Assembly (NCBI GenBank): GCA_002269645.1
Contig: NIVC01003932.1
Location: 1 to 37,276, forward strand
Reading direction: 5' to 3'
From: Macrostomum lignano
Taxonomy: Eukaryota
Length of the DNA: 37,276 nucleotides
The notes beneath the pieces were generated by a model. The model was not told the DNA's origin and did not search any database. It was given only the letters and a program-made list of their open reading frames with translations. The position numbers and the translations under genes were made by a program. Below are positions 12,312-22,912 of this stretch, piece by piece (positions within the stretch are counted from its first letter, which is position 1; every line of letters starts with the position of its first letter).

Positions 12312-12927
12312 AGCAACTGGGGGTAATGAGAGGCTGGCCCAGAAACTGAAGATCTGGGAGGCTGGCCCAGAAACTGAGGATCTAGGAGGCTGGCCCAGAA
12401 ACTGAGGATCTGGGAGGCTGGCCCAGCAACTGAGGATCTAGGAGGCTGGCCCAGAAACTGAGGATCTGGGAGGCTGGCCCAGCAACTGAGGATCTGGGAG
12501 GCTGGCCCAGCAACTGAGGGTATGGGAGGCTGGCCCAGCAACTGGGGGTAATGGGCGGCTGGCCCAGCAACTGGGGGTATGGGAGGCTGGCCCAGCAACT
12601 GGGGGTAATGGGAGGCTGGCTCAGCAACTGGGGATCTGGGAGGCTGGCCCAGCAACTGAGGGTATGGGAGGCTGGCTCAGCAACTGGGGATCTGGGAGGC
12701 TGGCCCAGCAACTGAGGGTATGGGAGGCTGGCCCAGCAACTGGGGGTAATGGGAGGCTGGCCCAGCAACTGGGGATCTGGGAGGCTGGCCCAGCAACTGA
12801 GGATCTGGGAGGCTGGCCCAGCAACTGAAGGTATGCGAGGCTGGCCCAGCAACTGAGTATCTGGGAGGCTGGAGGAGCAACCGACACTGTGGGAGGCTGG
12901 CTCAGTAACTGAGGATCTGGGAGGCTG
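12312..12927. repeat. 28-bp G-rich minisatellite (GAGGATCTGGGAGGCTGGCCCAGCAACT), about 22 units
   Basis: Direct reading; source of the Pro-rich [16 protein letters not shown] ORFs on the minus strand. Confidence 0.95.
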
Positions 12928-15669
12928 CCGTAGGCCCCTTTGAGGATCTTGGAAGAAATTTCCTTCACACGATGGCAGAATGCAAATTGCAGGGTCCAAC
13001 TGGAAAGGTTAAAGTTAAAAAGAGAATTTGATTGGAACCCTCCTACACTAGTGCAAGAATTTATTGATCTGCAAGGTCGAGAGGCGAGAGTAAGCAGCAC
13101 TATAGGGGGGGGGGGGGGAGGGTGAGTGACTGAGAGCAAAGCAGAGCAAACGGCCTGTGCATGCATTGCCCCATCAAATTACTCCGAGTGCTGCAGCGAG
13201 GCTCAAAGCGCACACAGAGATGCTTGGCAAACAGCAACAGTTCAAGATTTCACCGCGTGCGTCAATAGCATATTCGTTATTGTTCGTTGCTTTTATTTTT
13301 TTCAAGAATTTCGAGCAAGGGGTTATCTGCGAGTGTTGAAAGCGAACAATGAACCTCTATAGCTATATGCACTCAAAGTTTTTCTCTTGGCGAAACAGCC
13401 TTTGACGAAATTACTTCAAGCTATCTAGTCAAAGCTCAAACAGCTATCGTCACTTCATTTCAGAATTGAGAGTGAAATTTGAATAGAGAATTAAGATTTT
13501 TGAAGCATGTGTTTTAGTTTACTGTTTTAAATCGAACTGGTAAATAAGGTTGAAAAACTATAGTAACACTAACGACATTCATCGTGCAGCAGCACTTCCA
13601 ATCGGCCAGCTGCGTACGAGTAAATAGAATGTGCGGTGCGCGTTCGCGTATGACTTGAATTGCGAACTACAAGAATCGGCAACGATACACAGCAATTTGT
13701 TTACTGTGATGCCCAACAGCTAGTTTCAGTTCAGTAGCACTAACTGTTCTGTTTAATGAAGTGCTGATGCCTTTTTTAGTGGGGGGAGGGTCTTTAGGCC
13801 TCGGAAATTTAGTAAAGTTGAGTTGTCTCAGCTTCAAATTCGGGAAATGAAAGGTCACAGAAACGGATTTGGCTTTCTTATTTTGCAGTTAACTCAAATC
13901 CATTCCCAACTTAATTTGGGAAATGGCATGCAACACACAGTAGCAATCGGTTTATTGCCTGTATTATGGAGGAAAAAAGTCTAGCAAATGCAGTCATACG
14001 CAGATTGTTAATCCCACTGTCAAGGCAAGGCTGATCAACATCGGCACAGTCTGCAGCGACAGGTTAACTGACTTCCGCTCATATATATGATTATTTGGGA
14101 TAGTGCCAAGTTGACAACTGCTACCAGCGATAAGATTAGCCAAGCAGGATTAACTTCTTACCAGCTTACTAGGGGAAATGAGACGGAACGGTATAGCACA
14201 TACTTTGCTCTATAGCCTTTTGTTAGGTAATAAAATAGAAGTACGGGCCAAGAGTTTAAAACTTACCTCGAATAAAATAAATAAAATATTGTCGTCATAA
14301 TATTCATCAACAACATCAATTGTGAAGAATGCAAATGTTTGCAATGATATAAAACTGACCTGATTTTCTTAGTTGGCTGAATTGGATTAAAGCGTAGGTC
14401 TCTCTGACCCGACGTGACCCCAACGCCTTTCCTAAGGTAGCGGGATCTGGCCGGTTGTTTTTCAAGATCTCAAGATGGAAAATTTTCTATCCTTAGTCAG
14501 CGCCTGCTGAAGCCAGCAAAGAAGCCGAAAATGCTTTGCTTTTTTTCTAGCAAAATTTGGCACAATCAAGGGTAAAAAATAACGGAGTCGCATACACTCA
14601 ATGAGAGATAATTTTTTTAATTAAAATAATAAAAACAAACAAAATTAATATAGGTTAAAAAAATTTCGTCTGTTTATTAATGACACAATGGAAACCAGGG
14701 CAAGGCGTACAGACAAAGGGATCACACGAGACGCGACATGGGCTAATATAAAACAGCAATTTCTTTGTTAAAAAAAGTAACTTTCCACAATTGACATGCT
14801 TGATTTTATAACAATGACTTATTTGTGGTATTTGACACGTCAACACGAACGATTTCAAACATGAAAAGCGAGACAGCCCCCAGCAGTTAAATACTCTGAA
14901 TATATCCAATACAGTGACACATTTGCGGTAAGAAATCTTCAACAAGAAAAAAAAACGGCAGTTTCTCATTAGACTTGTTTACCTGTTCGTACCATCGCGG
15001 GGGTTAGAATTGTAAGAAAAAATTGAACTTAACGAAGCAGAGTAGCTCGAGCAAAGAGCTGGTTTATTTTTATAATCAAAGCCGCACAGCGCGTGAGCAG
15101 ATCTGAGACACTAAAAAGCAAAAGAAAAAGATGGATGGCCAAAAAGCATTAGGTAGTTATGGTAAGATGCTTCAGCTGCAAATATTCGCCGTTTGTCAAC
15201 AGAACCCACAGTTTATACATTTCCTTCTTGAGTTAAACTAAAGAAATAACAAGCGGAGAAAAAGTGGTCATCGAGAGAGTAAGGATTAGCTGGAAAAACT
15301 TGATAAATCACATATAAAATCAATGACAATAGTACTTGATCCGCTACGGCCTACACCGAAACATTAAATACGGACAGAGCAAAGCAGGGACCTCAACACA
15401 GAAGAGTAATATATAAGCATTGATATATATAAACATTGATAAATTGACACATCTAATAGTATGATAATGAAATAAAACAAGAAAATTAATATTAGGAGAT
15501 CATATAATTATAGGACAGAGATATTAGTCGCGAGTCAACAGGATGTGCATATTAATTTGCTCCCGCTCACCTGATTTACCTATCTATCCAGTGTAAATAC
15601 ACTTCGGCCAGGGTGTGTGTACAAACAGTGTACAATAACTGCTTTCTTTTGCGTTCTGTCTAGAGGCAC

Positions 15670-15915
15670 AATTAATATAATAATAAAATTAATCTACCTT
15701 AATGGCCAGATGTGCAACCGACAGCTCAGCCGCAGCTATTGCGCGGTGCATCTGAAGGCTGCGTACGGCTGTTCAGTCCAAGGACTGGGGGGTCGCCACA
15801 CGCACCCTCAATTACCCCAGCTAATGCTGGCACCCATTTTACAGCTGGGTGAACTGAAGCAGTGCAGAGTTGAGTGACTTGCTCAAGGACACAAACTGTT
15901 CCGAGTGGGTCGCAA
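15670..15915 (-). mobile_element. CORE-type SINE, copy 2 (longer, with AT-rich TTA-like tail)
   Basis: Minus strand reads GTGTCCTTGAGCAAGTCACTCAACTCTGCACTGCTTCAGTTCACCCAGCTGTAAAATGGG, against MIR core GTGACCTTGGGCAAGTCACTTAACCTCTCTGTGCCTCAGTTTCCTCATCTGTAAAATGGG. It ends in ATTTTATTATTATATTAATT. The tRNA-derived head (A/B boxes) is not clearly preserved. Confidence 0.75.
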
Positions 15916-16701
15916 GACGCAAGACAAGGTGCGAGAGACATTCAATACATTCCAGTACAGGACATTTTAGACTGTTATGTAAAATAATAATCGACAGACG
16001 GACAGACAAACGCTATGACAATCTGACAGATTCTCAGGCCGCCTGAATGCACACCTCATGCGAAGCACCGCATTCCCAAACGTCAGCTAAAAACTGTGGT
16101 TTTAAGCTTATACAAACGCTATTTTACGGCTTCAAAATATTATCTCAACCCTCTCAAAACACAGGCGCCTGTATCAGATAGAGTGCAGAAAAAGACGTTT
16201 AAAAGTGCATTAAGTGTCGGGGCGAATTTTCGACAGCAAACAGGTAGACATTGCGGTAAGCAAAAATTTTTAATTTATGTATGAATGCTACTAACTAATT
16301 AAAATAAAACATATTTTGTAAAAAAAATTGAGTGTTTCAGGCGCTTACAAAGAAGTATGAAAATAATCAAATGAATGCAATAATCAGCATCTGTATTAAC
16401 TATGTGTACCTATGGATGGTGAAATGGTCAAAGTCCAGCAGCAATCAAGTGGACAAATTTGAGATGCTTATTTAAAATTGACAACACTTAACAACACTGA
16501 CAATGACACTGACACTGAACACTTAACACTGACAATCCTTAAACTAATTTAAGGATAAAATTCATCTTGTTAGAAATAAAAGGTTAAAAATGTGACAAAC
16601 CGCAAAAAACCACTGCGGTCTTTCACTTTTCGCTTTTAAACAAATGTGCGACACAAAAATGCTAAACACAACTTCTAGCCCTTACATCTTTTGCTAACTC
16701 T

Positions 16702-18113
16702 CATTAGATATCCATTGCAATCCGATTAGATATCCATTGCAATCCAATTAGATATTTATTGCAACCACATTAGATATGCACTGCAATCCCATTAGATATC
16801 CATTGCAATCCAATTAGATATCCATTGCAATCCAATTAGATATCCATTGCATTCCCATTAGATATCCATTGCAATCCAATTAGATATTTATTGCAACCCC
16901 ATTAGATATGCACTGCAATCCCATTAGATATCCATTGCAAACCAATTAGATATTTATTGCAACCCCATTAGATATGCACTGCAATCCCATTAGATATCCA
17001 TTGCAATCCAATTAGATATTTATTGCAACCCCATTAGATATCCACTGCAATCCCATTAGATATCCATTGCAATCCAATTAGATATTTATTGCAACCCCAT
17101 TAGATATCCACTGCAATCCCATTAGATATTCATTGCAATCCCATTAGATATTCATTGCAATCCGATTAGATATTTATTGCAACCCTATTAGATATCACCT
17201 GCAATCCCATTAGATATCCATTGCAAACCAATTAGATATTAGATATCCATTGCAATCCAATTAGATATCCATTGCAATCCCGTTAGATATCCATTGCAAT
17301 CCCGTTAAATATCCATTGCAATCCCGTTAGATATCCATTGCAATCCAATTAGATATCCATTGCAATCCGATTAGATATCCATTGCAATCCAATTAGATAT
17401 TTATTGCAACCACATTAGATATGCACTGCAATCCCATTAGATATCCATTGCAATCCAATTAGATATCCATTGCAATCCAATTAGATATCCATTGCATTCC
17501 CATTAGATATCCATTGCAATCCAATTAGATATTTATTGCAACCCCATTAGATATGCACTGCAATCCCATTAGATATCCATTGCAATCCAATTAGATATTT
17601 ATTGCAACCCCATTAGATATCCACTGCAATCCCATTAGATATCCATTGCAATCCAATTAGATATTTATTGCAACCCCATTAGATATCCACTGCAATCCCA
17701 TTAGATATTCATTGCAATCCCATTAGATATTCATTGCAATCCGATTAGATATTTATTGCAACCCTATTAGATATCACCTGCAATCCCATTAGATATCCAT
17801 TGCAATCCAATTAGATATTAGATATCCATTGCAATCCAATTAGATATCCATTGCAATCCCGTTAGATATCCATTGCAATCCCGTTAAATATCCATTGCAA
17901 TCCCGTTAGATATCCATTGCAATCCAATTAGATATCCATTGCAATCCGATTAGATATCCATTGCAATCCCATTAGATATCCATTGCAATCCGATTAGATA
18001 TGCACTGCAATCCCATTAGATATCACCTGCAATCCCATTAGATATCCATTGCAATCCAATTAGATATTAGATATCCATTGCAATCCAATTAGATACCCAT
18101 TACAATCCCATTA
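16702..18113. repeat. 22-bp minisatellite (TTAGATATCCATTGCAATCCCA), about 64 units, with a higher-order duplication; starts about 72 bp past the FoxO stop codon
   Basis: Direct reading; diagnostic variants (ACCACATT, GCATTCCC, ATCACCTGC, GTTAAATATCC) each recur about 580-645 bp apart. Confidence 0.96.
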
Positions 18114-18185
18114 CATTGCCGAATATGAAAATTGCTGACAAATATATCAATGGCAAGCAGAGATTAAAACAAACAAGATTGCTGC

Positions 18186-18524
18186 CTAAGCTTGCTTCCC
18201 CATCACATACTCAGTTTTGCAGTTGCACGACTGCAGCTCTGGCTGCGCCGGCAGAAGAGACGGTTGCTGCTGCTGATAAATATTAAAAGCAGCTTGACTG
18301 ATTGCTGGTTGCTCTTGTTTTAGCTGCAGAAACTCATATTGCTGCTGCTGTTGCTGGACTGACAAGCCACAGAAGCCAGGGGCAAAGTACTGCTGCTGCT
18401 GCTGCTGTTGCTGATCCTGCTGCTCCAACGCGTCCACAGCCTCGAGAATGTCTGGCAAAGAGTTCACGTCACCAGCAGAATCGAACCAACTGCCACCGAA
18501 GCCGCTGCTGTTGCTTAGCAACGA

Positions 18525-18557
<33 letters not shown>

Positions 18558-19103
18558 ACAGGTGAGCTGGTTCATCTGAGTAGTTATGGACTGCACTGGC
18601 TGGTCCTGTCCGATAGGAGCTGTCTGCAGCACAGCCTCGGTGAGCGACTCAAAAAGCAGCTGCTCAGTGTCCACGTCTGAGTTAGCCAGCTGGTCCTGCG
18701 GCACCAGATCCCGCATCACCTCCGCTACGGTGAAGGGCGGCGGCGGAGGCACCAGGGAGCCGTCCTGCTCGGTGCAGTCTCCCTGATGGACTCGAGAATA
18801 GGAGTCCAACGGCGGCTGCTGGGATGGTGGAACAGGCGTGGAGCTGCTAGCGGCGGCACCGGCGGCTGCACGGCGGGCCAGAACGGCGGCTCGCTTCGAC
18901 TGCAAGTCCACCGTGCGGGCGGCGTCGGCGGTGGCTGCCCGGCGTCGATAGGCGGCACCACCGTGAGCAGCGGCGGGTGCGGCAGCGGCGGCTTGTCGTT
19001 CTTTGGCGTCGTAATTGACAGTCCAGTAGGAAGACTTGCCAGTCTGGTCGTTTTGAACTCGAACGAACTTGTTGTGCAGGGAGAGATTGTGCCGCACCGA
19101 GTT
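18186..19103 (-). CDS. foxO: FoxO exon 3: C-terminal half of forkhead domain, second Akt motif, Ala/Gln-rich C-terminus, stop codon
   Basis: Acceptor CCCACACCCGCAG|AAC. Translation [30 protein letters not shown] matches FoxO NSIRHNLSLHSKF.RVQNEGTGKSSWW. RRRAAT follows; TAG at 18188-18186. Confidence 0.93.
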
Positions 19104-19148
19104 CTGCGGGTGTGGGGTTGTGGCATTGAGTGTTGGAAGGATCTTTAT

Positions 19149-19436
19149 GAGGATCTGGGAGGCTGGCCCTGCAACTGAGGATCTGGGAGGCTGGTGGCCC
19201 AGCAACTGAGGATCTGGGAGGCTGGTGGCCCAGCAACTGAGGATCTGGGAGGCTGGTGGCCCAGCAACTGAGGATCTGGGAGGCTGGTGGCCCAGCAACT
19301 GAGGATCTGGGAGGCTGGCCCTGCAACCGAGGATCTGGGAGGCTGGTGGCCCAGCAACTGAGGATCTGGGAGGCTGGTGGCCCAGCAACTGAGGATCTGG
19401 GAGGCTGGCCCTGCAACCGAGGATCTGGGAGCCTGG
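19149..19436. repeat. 28/31-bp minisatellite in FoxO intron 2, same family as 12312-12927, about 9-10 units
   Basis: Units GAGGATCTGGGAGGCTGGTGGCCCAGCAACT and GAGGATCTGGGAGGCTGGCCCTGCAAC(T/C). Confidence 0.94.
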
Positions 19437-19845
19437 ATGTTGATAGTAATTGAAAATAAATAAAAAATAAATTTATTGAAGAAAATTTGCAACTAAATAA
19501 AGTAAAATACTATACGGTAAAAGTACACAAATATTTGCTGAGGAAAATGTTATTTTAAATTTGACCTTAATTTATCTGGAGAGGCAGCAGATCAAGAGTT
19601 TGAAATGAAATTTCACTTATAAGTCAACTCATTTCAAGATGAAATGCCTCCTAAGCTTTGCGCCTGGAGAAAATTTTAATTTGTACAGGAGGGTGAAGTT
19701 GGAAACGAGTTATTTCCCTATATTTCCTAGGTTACAGCGTCCTTCGACAGAAAATTACTGCCTAAACTTTGCATCTTGTTGATTGCAAAATTTCTTATTT
19801 AATTAAGGAATTTGTTTACGCGGTTAAAATGACAGTTGCTTATAA

Positions 19846-20240
19846 ACATTCTCATGTGCTGAATATACATTCTCATGTGCTGAATATACATTCTCATGTG
19901 CTCAATATACATTCTCATGTGCTCAATATACATTCTCATGTGCTGAATATACATTCTCATGTGCTCAATATACATTCTCATGTGCTCAATATACATTCTC
20001 ACATGCTCAATATACATTCTCATGTGCTCAATATACATTCTCATATGCTCAATATACAGTCTCACATGCTCAATATACATTCTCATATGCTCAATATACA
20101 TTCTCATATGCTCAATATACAGTCTCATATGCTCAATATACATTCTCATATGCTCAATATACAGTCTCACATGCTCAATATACATTCTCATATGCTCAAT
20201 ATACAGTCTCACATGCTCAATATACATTCTCACATGCTGA
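19846..20240. repeat. 21-bp minisatellite (ACATTCTCATGTGCTCAATAT), about 19 units, FoxO intron 2
   Basis: Direct reading; ends about 20 bp from the exon 2 donor. Source of the spurious HSHVLNI and MRMYIEH ORFs. Confidence 0.96.
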
Positions 20241-20260
20241 ATTTTATACTGTCAACAAAC

Positions 20261-20356
20261 CTTCCATCCGGCTGAACTGGTTGCATCGCTCCGGCTGCCA
20301 AAGTAGGGAATGTTCTTTATCATCCAGTCGTAGATCTCCGACAAGGTTAGGCGGCC
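20261..20356 (-). CDS. foxO: FoxO exon 2 (96 bp, phase 0/0): middle of forkhead domain
   Basis: Acceptor TTTCACTTTTAG|GGC and donor AAG|GTTTGT. Translation [32 protein letters not shown] matches FoxO KRLTLSQIYEWMV..VPYF.DKGDSNSSAGWK. Not listed in this frame in the ORF track. Confidence 0.95.
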
Positions 20357-20603
20357 CTAAAAGTGAAATTGACAGACAGCCAAGTTGTAAGTACATTTGA
20401 AAAATTTCGCAAACTTTAAAATCGATTTTAATCAAAGAAAATGACAGGATAATGAAACAGAAATTGCGGGAAATAACCACGACAAAAACAAAGGATGCTA
20501 GGATATGAATTTAATCTAATTTAATCTGATTTATCAGCAGCGAAGATTGAATGAGACATTAAAGTACAATGGGAGAGAAAAAAGAAAAAAGTCTAAAAAT
20601 CTA

Positions 20604-22313
20604 GCAGCTCAGGCCTCTGAAGGATCAGAGGGGTGGCAGCTATGACTGAAGGATTAGAGAGGTGGCAGCTATGACTGAAGGATCAGAGGGGTGGCAGCTA
20701 TGACTGAAGGATCAGAGAGGTGGCAGCTATGACTGAAGGATCAGAGGGGTGGCAGCTATAACTGAAGGATCAGAGAGGTGGCAGCTATGACTGAAGGATC
20801 AGAGGGGTGGCAGCTATGACTGAAGGATCAGAGAGGTGGCAGCTATGACTGAAGGATCAGAGGGGTGGCAGCTATGACTGAAGGATCAGAGGGTGGCAGC
20901 TATGACTGAAGGATCAGAGGGGTGGCAGCTATGACTGAAGGATCAGAGGGGTGGCAGCTATGACTGAAGGATCAGAGAGGTGGCAGCTATGACTGAAGGA
21001 TCAGAGAGGTGGCAGCTATGACTGAAGGATCAGAGGGGTGGCAGCTATGACTGAAGGATCAGAGAGGTGGCAGCTATGACTGAAGGATCAGAGGGGTGGC
21101 AGCTATGACTGAAGGATCAGAGGGGTGGCAGCTATGACTGAAGGATCAGAGGGGTGGCAGCTATGACTGAAGGATCAGAGGGGTGGCAGCTATGACTGAA
21201 GGATCAGAGAGGTGGCAGCTATGACTGAAGGATCAGAAAGTGTGGCAGCTATGACTGAAGGATCAGAGGGGTGGCAGCTATGACTGAAGGATCAGAGAGG
21301 TGGCAGCTATGACTGAAGGATCAGAGGGGTGGCAGCTCAGGCCACTGAAGGATCAGAGGGGTGGCAGCTATGACTGAAGGATCAGAGAGGTGGCAGCTAT
21401 GACTGAAGGATCAGAGGGGTGGCAGCTATGACTGAAGGATCAGAGGGGTGGCAGCTATGACTGAAGGATCAGAGGGTGGCAGCTCAGGCCACTGAAGGAT
21501 CAGAGGGGTGGCAGCTATGACTGAAGGATCAGAGAGGTGGCAGCTATGACTGAAGGATCAGAGAGGTGGCAGCTATGACTGAAGGATCAGAGGGGTGGCA
21601 GCTATGACTGAAGGATCAGAGGGGTGGCAGCTATGACTGAAGGATCAGAGGGGTGGCAGCTCAGGCCACTGAAGGATCAGAGGGGTGGCAGCTATGACTG
21701 AAGGATCAGAGAGGTGGCAGCTATGACTGAAGGATCAGAGAGGTGGCAGCTATGACTGAAGGATCAGAGGGGTGGCAGCTCAGGCCACTGAAGGATCAGA
21801 GGGGTGGCAGCTATGACTGAAGGATCAGAGAGGTGGCAGCTATGACTGAAGGATCAGAGGGGTGGCAGCTATGACTGAAGGATCAGAGGGGTGGCAGCTA
21901 TGACTGAAGGATCAGAGGGGTGGCAGCTATGACTGAAGGATCAGAGAGGTGGCAGCTATGACTGAAGGATCAGAGGGGTGGCAGCTATGACTGAAGGATC
22001 AGAGAGGTGGCAGCTATGACTGAAGGATCAGAGGGGTGGCAGCTATGACTGAAGGATCAGAGGGTGGCAGCTATGACTGAAGGATCAGAGGGGTGGCAGC
22101 TATGACTGAAGGATCAGAGGGGTGGCAGCTATGACTGAAGGATCAGAGGGGTGGCAGCTATGACTGAAGGATCAGAGGGGTGGCAGCTATGACTGAAGGA
22201 TCAGAGGGGTGGCAGCTCAGGCCACTGAAGGATCAGAGGGGTGGCAGCTATGACTGAAGGATCAGAGGGGTGGCAGCTATGACTGAAGGATCAGAGAGGT
22301 GGCAGCTATAACT
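20604..22313. repeat. 29-bp G-rich minisatellite (GGCAGCTATGACTGAAGGATCAGAGGGGT), about 59 units, filling about 84% of FoxO intron 1
   Basis: Direct reading; variants AGAGAGGT and GCTCAGGCCACTGAAG. Confidence 0.97.
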
Positions 22314-22390
22314 AAATGATGAGAAGACTGGAGAAGTTGAGCAGCAATAGCTCCGACACGGAAGTACAGAAGCTATATAAAAGCACTAAC

Positions 22391-22912
22391 CTGAGGATTA
22401 GATTCGATAGCCTGGGTGATCAGATCAGCATAGCTCTGACTGCCCCAAGCATTTCGACGCTTCTGCTGCTGCTGCTGCTGCTGCAGTTGCGGACTGATGC
22501 TGCCCGGGCACAGTCCAGCTGGAGCGGACAGCTGACTAGCCGGACTGGTCAGTCCCGGACTAGGCGTCGAACCCGGGCCGCTGGGCACAGACAGGAGGCA
22601 CTCCTGACAGGACACAGGAGCCGCTGACGAGGCATTCGCAGCTACTGGCTGCATATCAACATCCTCATCGAAGGTCTGCATTGGCGACTGACAATTGACA
22701 TATAAGTCAGCACGTTTCGGACGCTTGAATGATGGATCCCAGGTGGACGCGCGACTGCGGAACTGCTGCTGCTGTTGCTGGGGCAGCGGGTCCGGCTCGA
22801 ACAGCTGCTCAACATCAAAATCCATTGGCACTGGTCCAGCCCTGTTGGAGCCCATTGGACTGACAGCACCGGTGGTGTCAACAAAATCTTCAGGCAGATT
22901 GCACGATTGCAT
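22391..22912 (-). CDS. foxO: FoxO exon 1 (first coding exon): N-terminal Akt motif and start of forkhead domain
   Basis: Contains LFEP..FRSRASTW (FoxO FEP..RPRSCTWP) and KRRNAWGSQSYADLITQAIESNPQ (FoxO RRNAWGNLSYADLITKAIES). Donor CAG|GTTAGT at 22391/22390. The 3' boundary is firm; the start at ATG 22912 is the first in-frame ATG and is less certain. Confidence 0.88.

Noticed and set aside
12940-13095. Peptide ILEEISFTRWQ..REFDWNPPTLVQEFIDLQGREAR, faintly like a hAT transposase C-terminal tail
   Set aside because: Too short, no ATG, and no other transposase motifs or termini nearby; cannot be supported without an HMM search.
12110-13166. Pro-rich minus-strand ORFs ([16 protein letters not shown] repeats)
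   Set aside because: Stop-poor translations of the C-rich strand of the 28-bp minisatellite, open in several frames at once.
13360-16700. Short ORFs and scattered splice-like motifs suggesting another host gene
   Set aside because: No recognisable domain or consistent exon chain; AT-rich, and the ORFs look random apart from the SINE copy.
19104-19388. In-frame N-terminal extension of the 400-aa ORF through the intronic repeat
   Set aside because: A clean CAG acceptor at 19104-19106 joins exon 2 to restore the conserved AGWK|NSVRH forkhead. The open frame upstream is explained by the stop-poor repeat strand.
19769-20275. His-rich (HSHVLNI)n and (MRMYIEH)n ORFs as metal-binding repeat proteins
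   Set aside because: A 21-bp unit (multiple of 3) leaves frames open on both strands; it lies inside FoxO intron 2 and has no unique coding flanks.
20604-22313. Hammerhead core (CTGAAGGA) or recursive-splicing ratchet sites in the 29-bp array
   Set aside because: The motif does not match CTGANGA and there is no GAAA partner; the cryptic AG is followed by TC or TG, not GT, so it is not an AG|GT ratchet point.
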